The notes under the pieces are model-generated. The model was not told the DNA's origin. It made no database searches and saw nothing but the letters and a program-made list of their open reading frames with translations. Shown one piece after another: positions 1 through 9,604 of a DNA stretch of 62,836 nucleotides. A program made the position numbers and the translations under genes. This DNA is from a virus (lineage: Duplodnaviria; Caudoviricetes): IMG/VR virus record IMGVR_UViG_3300009183_000098, positions 1-62,836 of that record. One strand, 5' to 3'. The stretch's first letter is position 1, and every line of letters starts with the position of its first letter.

Positions 1-1
1 G

Positions 2-61
2 CAAGTCATCGTGGAAAACACGGTAGCAAAAAGATTACAAGAACTCGCAGGAATCATTTAA
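2..61 (+). CDS. C-terminal end of prohead scaffold protein (partial)
   Basis: Frame reads QVIVENTVAKRLQELAGII*; RxQxLAGI-type end directly upstream of the capsid gene. Confidence 0.6.
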   Translation, partial: QVIVENTVAKRLQELAGII

Positions 62-81
62 TTTTTAAGGAGATATAAATT

Positions 82-1656
82 ATGTCAGATGTATCAGAAT
101 TTATCAACGAAGCGGGTAGTGCACACAAGCACGTTATCGAACAAACCCGTAAATTAGCAGGTAAGTGGGAAGGTTCAGGCCTCCTAGAAGGATTGAAGGG
201 CTATGAAAAGCAGGCTATGTCCGTGATGCTTGAAAACCAAGCAACGCAGCTGCTCTCAGAAAACAGTAAGACGAACGCAGCTGGAACCAGTGGCGAAAAC
301 TGGGCCGGTGTTGCGCTTCCATTAGTTCGTAAGGTGTTCGGTTCAATTGCTGCAAAGAACTTCGTGTCTGTGCAACCAATGAACTTACCTGCTGGACTTG
401 TGTTCTACATGGACTTCAAGTATGGTTCAACATCAAACGGTCAAACATCAGGACAGTCACTTTATGGTAGTGCATCAAACAGTACATTTGGTGGATTTGG
501 TAACCAAGCAGCAGGTGGTTTATACGGCGCAGGCCGATTTGGTTATTCATTAAATGACCAAATTACGTCTTCATTAGCCATTGCCACTGCATCGGTGTCG
601 TTCTCGGATGTGAATTACAACCAAGATTATGTGGCAACAGGCAGTCTTCGTAAGTTCACGGTCAGTGCAGGAGTATTGCCAAATGCTGACTTCTTAGCAG
701 TTCGTACATTCGTTCCAAGTGGATCGGTTGCAGATTTTGCTTCAGCGGTTCTTCCAGAATTTACTAAATATGACGGCACCAATGTCACATTTATCGTAAC
801 TACCACTTCAAACGCAGTATTAAACAGTGTTACATTCACGAAACAACCTGTCGATACAGCACGTGGCGATTTCGAAGACCGCGACGGTGCAACAAACCTC
901 AACATTCCAGAAATTGATTTGGAACTTCGTTCGGAAACCATCGTTGCCAAGACACGTAAGTTGAAGGCAGTATGGTCACCAGAACTTGCACAAGACTTGA
1001 ACGCATATCATTCAGTGGACGCTGAAGCAGAACTCACTTCAATGTTAAGTGACTATGTTGCAATGGAAATTGACCTTGAAATTCTTGATATGTTAATTGG
1101 CGCTGCACCATCAACCACAACAGAATATTGGTCAGCAGAAATTGGTTCAGTCTGGAACGGAAGTGCATTTGCCGCAAGTTCCTTTACGGGAACGGCATGG
1201 ACCAACATGACCTGGTTCCAAACGCTTGGTCAGAAGATGCAGAAGGTAAGCAACAAGATTCATCAGCTCACGATGCGAGGCGGTGCTAACTTCGCAGTCG
1301 TATCACCAACGGTTGCAACAATTCTTGAAACCATCCCTGGCTTTGCAGCTGGAACCGATGGCGACAAGATGGAATTCGCAGCCGGTGTCACGAAGATTGG
1401 TTCTTTCCAGAACCGCTTCACTGTATACAAGAACCCATACATGACAGAAAATGTGATGTTGATGGGCTTCCGTGGTAACCAATTCTTGGAAACGGGTGCA
1501 GTGTACGCACCATACATTCCATTAATCATGACACCACTTGTGTACGACCCACAAAATTTTACTCCTCGTCGCGGCGTGATGACGCGCTACGCGAAGAAAG
1601 TGGTTCGTCCAGAATTTTTTGGAAAAATCTACATCGACAAGCTCAACCTCGTATAA
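82..1656 (+). CDS. gp23: Major capsid protein (T4 gp23-like)
   Basis: KW..LLEGL, SVQPM..P.GL.F, AKTRKLKA.W..ELAQDL, YAPYIPL and TRYA motifs; AAGGAG RBS. Confidence 0.97.
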   Translation: MSDVSEFINEAGSAHKHVIEQTRKLAGKWEGSGLLEGLKGYEKQAMSVMLENQATQLLSENSKTNAAGTSGENWAGVALPLVRKVFGSIAAKNFVSVQPMNLPAGLVFYMDFKYGSTSNGQTSGQSLYGSASNSTFGGFGNQAAGGLYGAGRFGYSLNDQITSSLAIATASVSFSDVNYNQDYVATGSLRKFTVSAGVLPNADFLAVRTFVPSGSVADFASAVLPEFTKYDGTNVTFIVTTTSNAVLNSVTFTKQPVDTARGDFEDRDGATNLNIPEIDLELRSETIVAKTRKLKAVWSPELAQDLNAYHSVDAEAELTSMLSDYVAMEIDLEILDMLIGAAPSTTTEYWSAEIGSVWNGSAFAASSFTGTAWTNMTWFQTLGQKMQKVSNKIHQLTMRGGANFAVVSPTVATILETIPGFAAGTDGDKMEFAAGVTKIGSFQNRFTVYKNPYMTENVMLMGFRGNQFLETGAVYAPYIPLIMTPLVYDPQNFTPRRGVMTRYAKKVVRPEFFGKIYIDKLNLV

Positions 1657-1683
1657 TAGATTTTGTAACACGATTAATAAATT

Positions 1684-1708
1684 GGGTGACCTTCGGGTCA
1701 CCCTTTTT
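1684..1708 (+). terminator. Intrinsic terminator after capsid gene
   Basis: GGGTGACC-TTCG-GGTCACCC followed by a T run. Confidence 0.9.
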
Positions 1709-1772
1709 ATTGCCTAAAATTACGTGTTTGAAAAATTTATTTATATTTATATCTAACGTATGTGGAGGAGTT

Positions 1773-2579
1773 ATGACTGAATATAAATTAAATTGTATTA
1801 CATGCGGTAATGAAGTTTTTTATCTATCTAAAAAAGGTATGTTATCTGCCAAAAATAAAAATACTCCATGTCCACACTGTCGAGGAAAGTCTCCACGAAA
1901 TATCAATGTGGGGGTGACGCAATGGAGTAAACAATGCCCGTCATGTAAGAAGACCAAATACTACTCTAGTAAGAGAAATTATACACGGGCAATAAAAACA
2001 AATTCAAATTGCCCAAAATGCCACCCAGGGCCATCCAAAGAAACTATTACAAAAATAATATCCACATTAAAGACTAAAAAATATCCCAACAGAGCGTCGA
2101 ATAGTCAGTTGGGTAAGCATTTGACATTTTATAGAAAATGCCCATCATGTAATAAAGAAATAGGATATTTTTCACAATATTCGTTAGATCGAGCAAATAA
2201 ACAATCTTCTGTGTGTAACTCATGTTCCTGTAAGATATATAAAAAGTCATGGATATATGTTATAAAAGATGATCATATTAAAAAGATGGCTGCAAGTAAA
2301 GCAGGATATGATACTTATGAATCTTATATGAACGACTTGGGTGCCCGCAAAAAATATTATGCGGCGGTTAGAAAAATTACTCGGCAACAAGACATTAGTA
2401 TATTAGAAAATTATGATAAATTACGAGGATTGTGCGGGGTTGAGGGCGCATATCAATTAGACCATATTATTTCAGTATCGGTTGGATATGAACAAAGCAT
2501 TTCCCCCGAAATATTGGGTAGCATATCTAATTTACAGATAATTCCGTGGAAGGATAACTTAATAAAATCTAATAAATAA
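1773..2579 (+). CDS. HNH homing endonuclease with CxxC zinc-ribbon repeats
   Basis: Several CPxC pairs; C-terminal LDHIIS...NLQIIPWKDN; start at MTEY after GGAGG and the ATATTTAT motif. Confidence 0.75.
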   Translation: MTEYKLNCITCGNEVFYLSKKGMLSAKNKNTPCPHCRGKSPRNINVGVTQWSKQCPSCKKTKYYSSKRNYTRAIKTNSNCPKCHPGPSKETITKIISTLKTKKYPNRASNSQLGKHLTFYRKCPSCNKEIGYFSQYSLDRANKQSSVCNSCSCKIYKKSWIYVIKDDHIKKMAASKAGYDTYESYMNDLGARKKYYAAVRKITRQQDISILENYDKLRGLCGVEGAYQLDHIISVSVGYEQSISPEILGSISNLQIIPWKDNLIKSNK

Positions 2580-2637
2580 CGATTAGATAAAAGGTTTTGA
2601 TATTTATAGTATATGACTCTAATAGAGGGCTTGTAAT

Positions 2638-3402
2638 ATGGGTAATTTTTATGTGTATGTACATTTACGAGCAGACGGAACGCCTTTTTATGTAGGAAAG
2701 GGCAAAGGTAACCGTGGCCACGAATTAAAAACTTCTAGAAGAAATTCTTTCTGGGTAAATGTTGCTAAAAAAGAATATGGGGATATTACAAAAGTTCCCG
2801 TAGAATTAATATATACCAATTTAACCGAAGATATGGCGCATGAATTGGAAATATTGACCATAAAAAAATATGGAAGACGAAACAATAATACTGGTATACT
2901 AACAAATCTTACAGATGGTGGTGAGGGGACTTCTGGGATAATAAGATCGGCAGAATATAGTCAGAATATTTCAAAAAGAATGTCGGGAAAAAATCACCCA
3001 TATTACAATAAAGTTGGACCTAACTTTGGTAAATCATGTTCTGAATTTACCAAACAAAAATTACGTGAAATTAATTTAGGTGATAAAAACCCTAACTTTG
3101 GAACGGTGCGAAGTTTAGAATCAAGAGTAAAAACTAGGCAGTCAAACATTAAAACTAACTCTGGTCGGTTAACAAAAAAACACAACGATAAAATGTCTAT
3201 GAGTCGGTCAGGTGGGAAAATTTATACAGTAATTTCTCCAAGTGGCCAAGAATTTACGTTTGTTAATCAAGCGTTATTTGCTAAAGAACATGACGTATCA
3301 CAACAATCATTGAGTAGGTTATTGAGAGGAGAACGTAAAAGTTATTTAGGTTGGACGGTAAAAGCTATAAATATTTCTGAGGAAAATCATGCAAAATCGT
3401 GA
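2638..3402 (+). CDS. GIY-YIG-like homing endonuclease with NUMOD3-type repeats
   Basis: FYVYVH...PFYVGKG.G.R, LTNLTDGGEG, basic NUMOD3-like repeats. Confidence 0.8.
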   Translation: MGNFYVYVHLRADGTPFYVGKGKGNRGHELKTSRRNSFWVNVAKKEYGDITKVPVELIYTNLTEDMAHELEILTIKKYGRRNNNTGILTNLTDGGEGTSGIIRSAEYSQNISKRMSGKNHPYYNKVGPNFGKSCSEFTKQKLREINLGDKNPNFGTVRSLESRVKTRQSNIKTNSGRLTKKHNDKMSMSRSGGKIYTVISPSGQEFTFVNQALFAKEHDVSQQSLSRLLRGERKSYLGWTVKAINISEENHAKS

Positions 3403-4555
3403 ACCAATTATATTTGAAGAAAGTCCTGTAAATCCAGTTAATTTAACTGCGTTTGGGTTCTACGATTACGATGCGGAATTTCAAGCAGAAGCCCCACAAG
3501 TTGCTTCCTTTGTAGCAAGACGATTGGGATATCCTGTCGTAGATGTGGAACTTACCCACCGACAATTATATACCTGTCTAGAAGAAGCTATCACCACTTA
3601 TAGTAATCAAGTCAATCAATTTAATGCTCGGGAACACATGCTGTCATTACAAGGCATGAGTACATCTACGAATGTTACGCAACGAAATATTCTATCCACT
3701 CCACTCCCACAACTGGTAAAATTATCTGCTCAGTACGGCACAGAAGCAGACAGTGGTGGAAGTGTAACCGTAAAGAAGGGATTTGTTACTGCCTCTGCGT
3801 ATCAACAATCGTATGACCTCAAAACCTTATGGGCAGACCCAAAAGAAAGTGGGTCCGCAATTGAAATTCGTCGTATCTATCATCAGATGCCACCCGCAAT
3901 TGCACGATATTACGATCCATTTGCAACAACAGGTCTTGGATTAACAAATCTTATGAGTGAGTTTGGATTTGATGGATATTCTCCACCGGTAACTTTCGTG
4001 ATGATGCCTGCCTTCGAAGATTTACTACGTATTCAAGCAATTGAAATTAATGATATGATTCGTAAAAGTCAATATAGTTTCACGGTATCCAATAATATTA
4101 TACGATTTACACCAATTTTTACTAAAGACACAACCATCTGGTTTGATTATGTTGTGGTTAATGATAAACAAAGTGGAAACTCGTTATTACAATCGGGTTC
4201 AGAAAACAGTACGGTGTCCGATTTATCTAACATTCCATATGATAATATTCAATACAAGAATATCAATAGCATTGGACGAAATTGGGTATACCGTTATACA
4301 CTTGCCTTAGCAAAGGAAGTGTTGGGTAATATTCGTTCCAAATACGAAAATATTCCAATCCCCGATGCGCAAATACGAATGGATGGTGATACACTTCGTA
4401 GAGAATCTTCTCAAGAAAAGGATAACTTAATCAAAGAAATTCGGGAAACCTTAGAACAAACTGGTCATCAAGCACAGATGAAAAAACATATGGAAAACGC
4501 AGAAGCAATGCAGGCAATGTTCAAGTTCATTCCAGTACCTTTCTATATCTTATAA
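3389..4555 (+). CDS. Neck/head-tail adaptor protein (gp13-like)
   Basis: RLGYPVVDVEL and W..RY.LALAKE.LG.IR.KY motifs; position after capsid. Confidence 0.75.
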   Translation: MQNREPIIFEESPVNPVNLTAFGFYDYDAEFQAEAPQVASFVARRLGYPVVDVELTHRQLYTCLEEAITTYSNQVNQFNAREHMLSLQGMSTSTNVTQRNILSTPLPQLVKLSAQYGTEADSGGSVTVKKGFVTASAYQQSYDLKTLWADPKESGSAIEIRRIYHQMPPAIARYYDPFATTGLGLTNLMSEFGFDGYSPPVTFVMMPAFEDLLRIQAIEINDMIRKSQYSFTVSNNIIRFTPIFTKDTTIWFDYVVVNDKQSGNSLLQSGSENSTVSDLSNIPYDNIQYKNINSIGRNWVYRYTLALAKEVLGNIRSKYENIPIPDAQIRMDGDTLRRESSQEKDNLIKEIRETLEQTGHQAQMKKHMENAEAMQAMFKFIPVPFYIL

Positions 4556-4558
4556 TAT

Positions 4559-5017
4559 ATGCCAAGATTCGTATCAGAACGTGATTTTCTATTTTTTCAA
4601 CATATCAACCGAGAAGTTGTTGTTGATGTTGTTGATGTAGAAGTCATATTATATAAAATTATTCAAGATGTTGCCAATGTAAATATTTACGGGGAATCGG
4701 TTAGTAAAGCACGGTATCGTGGTATTAGTTTAAATGCATTAATAAAATATCCCAAAACGCAACCTGGGTCAGAAGGATTTGGATATGATACGACGCAGCC
4801 TGGCGTGGAGTTTCGATTTGTACGAAAATTACTACAAGACGTAGATGTATACCCAGAAGTTGGTGATATTATCCTATATAATGAAAATTATTACGAAATT
4901 GACAATACCAATGAAATTCAACTGATTGCGGGACGGCCAGATTACAATCACAATATCATTTGTGAAACACATTTGACTCGTAAAAGTAGTCTTAATATTG
5001 AGGAAACCCACACATGA
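4559..5017 (+). CDS. Neck/head-closure protein (gp14-like)
   Basis: NIYGES and PEVGDII.Y...YYEI motifs; synteny. Confidence 0.65.
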   Translation: MPRFVSERDFLFFQHINREVVVDVVDVEVILYKIIQDVANVNIYGESVSKARYRGISLNALIKYPKTQPGSEGFGYDTTQPGVEFRFVRKLLQDVDVYPEVGDIILYNENYYEIDNTNEIQLIAGRPDYNHNIICETHLTRKSSLNIEETHT

Positions 5018-5802
5018 GTACGCCTACATTTGACAGAAATCGTATTACAATGCCATCACGGTATAACCGTGGTATGGATAACAAAAATGTCACAGGCGTC
5101 AGTTCACCCGTGTCTGTGGGGTTATATACCGTTGACAACGCTATCTTAAAATATTTACAAACAAAGATTAAACCCGTAATAACTCAAGATGGTAAGCAAA
5201 TTCAAATTCCTGTCATCTATGGTAATCCAGAACGGTGGAAAAGTGCACAGCAAGACGGTAATATTCGTGATAAGAACGGAAAGATTCTATTACCTATTAT
5301 TATGATTAAACGCACTACCATGAAAAGAAATCAAATAGCATCTCCTGTGAACAAGTATCAACAATATACATTTAAGGCGGGATGGAATTCTAGAAATATT
5401 TACGATAAATTTACGGCACAAAATGGTATTACACCAAGTCAAATCTATCACACTACCATGATTCCAGATTATTATGACTTTACCTATGAAGCAATGATTT
5501 GGACAGAATATATGGAACAAATGAATGGTGTCGTTGAAAATATTTCATTTGAAAGTGATGAATATTGGGGAGAAGCAAACAATTATAAGTTTATCACCAA
5601 AATATCTCAGTTCGAACAATTGACGGACCTTCCTACAACAAATGATAGATTGGTTCGTAATAAATTTTCAATTGATGTGAAGGCATATATACTTCCGCAG
5701 AGTGCATTGGACAGAAACGGTAATAGAACAGCAACGACTCGGTTACAATATTCTCCAAAAAAAGTAGTATTTGACACAGAAATTCTTACGAATAATGTAT
5801 AA
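5014..5802 (+). CDS. Tail terminator/sheath stabiliser (gp15-like)
   Basis: IPVIYG.PERW and LP.I.I.R motifs; synteny before sheath. Confidence 0.65.
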   Translation: MSTPTFDRNRITMPSRYNRGMDNKNVTGVSSPVSVGLYTVDNAILKYLQTKIKPVITQDGKQIQIPVIYGNPERWKSAQQDGNIRDKNGKILLPIIMIKRTTMKRNQIASPVNKYQQYTFKAGWNSRNIYDKFTAQNGITPSQIYHTTMIPDYYDFTYEAMIWTEYMEQMNGVVENISFESDEYWGEANNYKFITKISQFEQLTDLPTTNDRLVRNKFSIDVKAYILPQSALDRNGNRTATTRLQYSPKKVVFDTEILTNNV

Positions 5803-5908
5803 TAATAACTTTGGAAACGGTAGGTGATATTTATTAATTAGATTATATAAGTTTCGATACGAAATTATATATGTATGATATATAACCGTTTTGTAAAATG
5901 AGGTAGGT

Positions 5909-6169
5909 ATGAAAAAAGTTACTGAGGCAGAATTATTAGAAATTCAAAAAATGCGGGAATCACTACTTGAAATTGTGGTTTCAATTGGAGAATTAACACT
6001 TAATAAATTTTTAATACAAACACAATTAGATAGTATTTCTGCAGATATTAATGCGCAGCAATCTGCGTTTATAGCTTTTAAAGAAAACGAAAGGGTTTTA
6101 TTTGAGAAGTTGCAACAGACATATGGAACTGGTAACATAGATATGGAAACCGGGGAAGTATCAGAATAA
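5909..6169 (+). CDS. Small coiled-coil hypothetical protein
   Basis: GAGGT RBS; helical pattern ending YG.G.IDMETGE. Confidence 0.6.
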   Translation: MKKVTEAELLEIQKMRESLLEIVVSIGELTLNKFLIQTQLDSISADINAQQSAFIAFKENERVLFEKLQQTYGTGNIDMETGEVSE

Positions 6170-6192
6170 TATAACCCATTTGGAGGATTCGT

Positions 6193-8538
6193 ATGGCAAA
6201 TGAAAGAATTGTTTCCCCTGGCGTATTTACCAGAGAAAGGGATCTAAGTTTCCTAACTCAAGGTATTAGTGAAATCGGGGCGGCATTTATTGGACCAACA
6301 CCAAAAGGTCCAGCGTTTATCCCGGCCATAGTACGTGGTCAACAAGAATATGTTACCCGTTTTGGTGAAGCAGACACCAATCATTACACGGGATTGTCGG
6401 CAAAAAATTATCTCCGTGAATCTGGTGTGGCAACGGTGGTTCGTGTACTAGGAACTACCGGATATGACCCGACTACTACGAAGTCGGTAGTAATTTACGC
6501 AACAGGTTCGGCAGGTAGAAAAGTATATGCAGTATTACATCCTAGTAGTACAGGAAATACACTTACAAATGCATCGGCATCGGGAACTACCAGTAGTTTT
6601 AGTTTAGTAGTATCTGCTTCAGGCGGCACCAACATCAGTGCAAGTTCACTGAGTCCAACTGAGGGATCGTCCAACGCATTCCAAGATTATTTTGCTTCGA
6701 CGCCCAGTACAACAAAAAATTCATATATCTATGCAATTTTTCCTGAAGCAGTATCCGCTTCCCTTGGAACTAGCATTACATTCCAAGCAGTAACATCAAG
6801 TACCGCATTGAATTTTAACGGAGCAACCTATGGTAATTACAACCATGCGCACACCCCGTGGATTCAATCACAAACATTGGGTGGCAGTAAATTAGACCTA
6901 TTTAAGATTCATACACTCAGCGATGGCAATTCTTCAAACAAAGAAATTAAAGTATCATTTGCAAACATGAAGCCAAGTGGTGATACTGAATATAATTTTG
7001 GTACCTTTACGATGTTCGTTCGTCGCTATGATGATACGGATGCACGGTCAGAGGTATTAGAACAGTTTGATAATGTAAACCTTGATCCAGATAGTCCAAA
7101 TTATATTGCACGGTTAATTGGTAATAGTGCACCAACCGAAGATACCGTAACAGGTGAAATGTATTATCAAGGTGATTTCCCGAATAACTCACAGTATATT
7201 TGGGTGGAAATGACAGACACGCAGATTCCAGAAACAGCACTTCCATTTGGATTTGCGGCATATGAATCTACTATTTCCGCAGCATCAACAGAATTAACGG
7301 CTCCCGATTATGTAACAAGTCGTTGGCTTAACGGTGCAGTTGAAGGATACACCACTCAATCAATCGACAAGAAATACTATTACGGTTGGAATTTTGATGC
7401 AGGGAATGAAACTAATAATTCTTACCTTGGACCAATTCCATCGGGGTCAGTTACCATTGGCACGGCATTTACACTTGAAACATTGGTAGAAGTACCAAAG
7501 AGTACGGCACCGCTCTCGGCATCAATCTCATTGACGGATGCAGATAGTTTCATCTATCGTAAGTTCTCAGTGGCATTCCAAGGCGGATTTGATGGATTAA
7601 ATCCTGCACGTGACATTAATATGGGTGGCGATATCGTTGCTACCAATAGTCAAGGATTTAACCTATCTACGTCAGTATCGGCCGGATCGGTGTCCTACAA
7701 GAAAGCATTGGATGCCATCAGTAATCCCGACCAGTTTGACTTTAACTTGTTAGTACTTCCTGGTGTAATTTATGAACTACATTCATATGTTGCAACCTAT
7801 GCACTAACATTGTGTGAAGATCGTGGTGATGCATTCTATATCATGGATACCACACAATTAACGGCAACACTGGCAACTGCAACGGCAAAGGCTGGTGAAA
7901 TTGATAGTAATTACGCGGCCACGTACTATCCGTGGTTACGAGTCGTTGATACGAATACCAACAAGTTAATTTGGGTTCCACCCTCGGTGATTCTTCCAGA
8001 AATCTACGCTTACAACGACAATGTTGCAGCAGAATGGTTTGCTCCTGCTGGATTAAATCGCGGCGGTATTGCAAGTGCAGTTGGTGTCAAGGTTCGCTTA
8101 CCACAAGCAAGTCGTGATACACTCTACGAAGGAAAAGTTAATCCAATCGCGCAGTTCCCGGGGCAAGGTATCTGTGTGTGGGGTCAGAAAACATTACAAC
8201 GCCGTTCATCAGCACTAGATCGTGTGAATGTCCGTCGTTTGTTAATCGCGGTGAAGAAGTATATTGCAAGTTCGGCACGATACCTTGTGTTCGAACAGAA
8301 TGTTGAAGCAACGCGAAATCGTTTCTTGAACATTATCAACCCATACCTCGCAAGTGTACAAGAACAATCTGGACTGTATGCTTTCCGTGTGGTTATGGAC
8401 GAAACAAACAATACACCTGATGTGATTGATAGAAACATCCTATACGGACAACTCTATCTACAACCCACAAGAACAGCAGAAGTTATTATTCTTGACTTCA
8501 ATGTTCTCCCAACAGGTGCAACGTTCCCAACCGCGTAA
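6193..8538 (+). CDS. gp18: Tail sheath protein
   Basis: SPGVFTRERD, WFAPAG.NRG and DRVNVRRL motifs. Confidence 0.97.
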   Translation: MANERIVSPGVFTRERDLSFLTQGISEIGAAFIGPTPKGPAFIPAIVRGQQEYVTRFGEADTNHYTGLSAKNYLRESGVATVVRVLGTTGYDPTTTKSVVIYATGSAGRKVYAVLHPSSTGNTLTNASASGTTSSFSLVVSASGGTNISASSLSPTEGSSNAFQDYFASTPSTTKNSYIYAIFPEAVSASLGTSITFQAVTSSTALNFNGATYGNYNHAHTPWIQSQTLGGSKLDLFKIHTLSDGNSSNKEIKVSFANMKPSGDTEYNFGTFTMFVRRYDDTDARSEVLEQFDNVNLDPDSPNYIARLIGNSAPTEDTVTGEMYYQGDFPNNSQYIWVEMTDTQIPETALPFGFAAYESTISAASTELTAPDYVTSRWLNGAVEGYTTQSIDKKYYYGWNFDAGNETNNSYLGPIPSGSVTIGTAFTLETLVEVPKSTAPLSASISLTDADSFIYRKFSVAFQGGFDGLNPARDINMGGDIVATNSQGFNLSTSVSAGSVSYKKALDAISNPDQFDFNLLVLPGVIYELHSYVATYALTLCEDRGDAFYIMDTTQLTATLATATAKAGEIDSNYAATYYPWLRVVDTNTNKLIWVPPSVILPEIYAYNDNVAAEWFAPAGLNRGGIASAVGVKVRLPQASRDTLYEGKVNPIAQFPGQGICVWGQKTLQRRSSALDRVNVRRLLIAVKKYIASSARYLVFEQNVEATRNRFLNIINPYLASVQEQSGLYAFRVVMDETNNTPDVIDRNILYGQLYLQPTRTAEVIILDFNVLPTGATFPTA

Positions 8539-8545
8539 TGAGATA

Positions 8546-8569
8546 GTGGGGGGAGGAAACTCCCCCCAC
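8546..8569 (+). terminator. GC-rich hairpin after sheath gene
   Basis: GTGGGGGGAG-GAAA-CTCCCCCCAC; weak U tract. Confidence 0.65.
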
Positions 8570-8620
8570 AAATTCAATTTTAACACTATTTATGATTAGA
8601 TATCCTTTCGGAGATTATAC

Positions 8621-9109
8621 ATGGCAAACCTAGTATCAGAACAAGAGCTGTTCTTTACAGCATTTGAACCAAAGATGAAGAATCGGTTCGTCCTTTATAT
8701 GGACGGCGTTCCTTCCTATCTCGTAAAAAAAGTAGCACGACCAACTATTAAACAAGATGCAAAACCACTAGATCATATCAACGTGCAACGATATGTAAAA
8801 GGCAAGACTACATGGGGAAGTATGGCAATGGAATTGTACGATCCCATTGTTCCATCGGGCGCACAAGCAGTCATGGAATGGGTGCGTTTACATCACGAAT
8901 CGGTCACTGGCCGTGATGGATATCTTGAATTCTACAAGAAAGACTTGACGCTCAATGTTCTTGGCCCCGTTGGTGATAAGGTCGAAGAATGGATCATCAA
9001 GGGCGCACAAATTACTGAAGTTAATTTCGGTGATATGGATTGGTCAACGGATGAAGTAATGACATTCACACTTACCGTGCAAATGGATTATTGCGTACTC
9101 AATTATTGA
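8621..9109 (+). CDS. gp19: Tail tube protein
   Basis: FEPK..NRF, LYDPI.PSGAQ...EW and YKKD motifs; follows sheath. Confidence 0.92.
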   Translation: MANLVSEQELFFTAFEPKMKNRFVLYMDGVPSYLVKKVARPTIKQDAKPLDHINVQRYVKGKTTWGSMAMELYDPIVPSGAQAVMEWVRLHHESVTGRDGYLEFYKKDLTLNVLGPVGDKVEEWIIKGAQITEVNFGDMDWSTDEVMTFTLTVQMDYCVLNY

Positions 9110-9132
9110 TCTTGTTACAATAATAGATATAG

Positions 9133-9171
9133 AATCTCCACAGCGTTACGAATTACGCTGTGGAGATTTTG
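9133..9171 (+). terminator. Intrinsic terminator after tube gene
   Basis: 14-bp stem AATCTCCACAGCGT/ACGCTGTGGAGATT ending in T residues. Confidence 0.75.
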
Positions 9172-9250
9172 TATATAAAGTCATATAAAAACACCCTATT
9201 AACATACTTTTTGATATTTATAGAAGAGTATTCTTTATAATGAGAATTAT

Positions 9251-9601
9251 ATGGCAGACATTACAGATTTTCAAGTTGGGCAAGGTGAAACATTTAAAAT
9301 ACTCGTACAATTACAAAACCGTAGTAATAACAACACTCCATTGGATATTACTAATTATACATTCACCGGCCAATTACGAGAAAATTACACCACGGATGAA
9401 GTTGCCGCAACATTTTCGTTTGAAAAGGCAACCCCATATACATCCGGTAGTCTTTTTATAAAACTAGACCCCGCATCTACACTACAATTAACACAACGTA
9501 AATATGTGTATGATATCAATATTACTAGTGGATCAACAGGTCCAGTAGTTCGTCGCATCCTAGAGGGCGGATTAACGGTGCGACCAACGGTAACTAGATA
9601 A
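9251..9601 (+). CDS. Fibre-attachment/adaptor protein (BppU N-terminal-like)
   Basis: QGETF...PLDITNY.F..Q.R...YVYD...RILEG...V.P.VT pattern typical of phage fibre adaptors. Confidence 0.65.
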   Translation: MADITDFQVGQGETFKILVQLQNRSNNNTPLDITNYTFTGQLRENYTTDEVAATFSFEKATPYTSGSLFIKLDPASTLQLTQRKYVYDINITSGSTGPVVRRILEGGLTVRPTVTR

Positions 9602-9604
9602 TAC

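Noticed and set aside
1686-1772. Upstream starts given by the ORF track (1686, 12217, 42848, 50628, 51389, 60397)
   Set aside because: They run through terminators, promoters or neighbouring genes; downstream ATGs fit the RBS and motif context better
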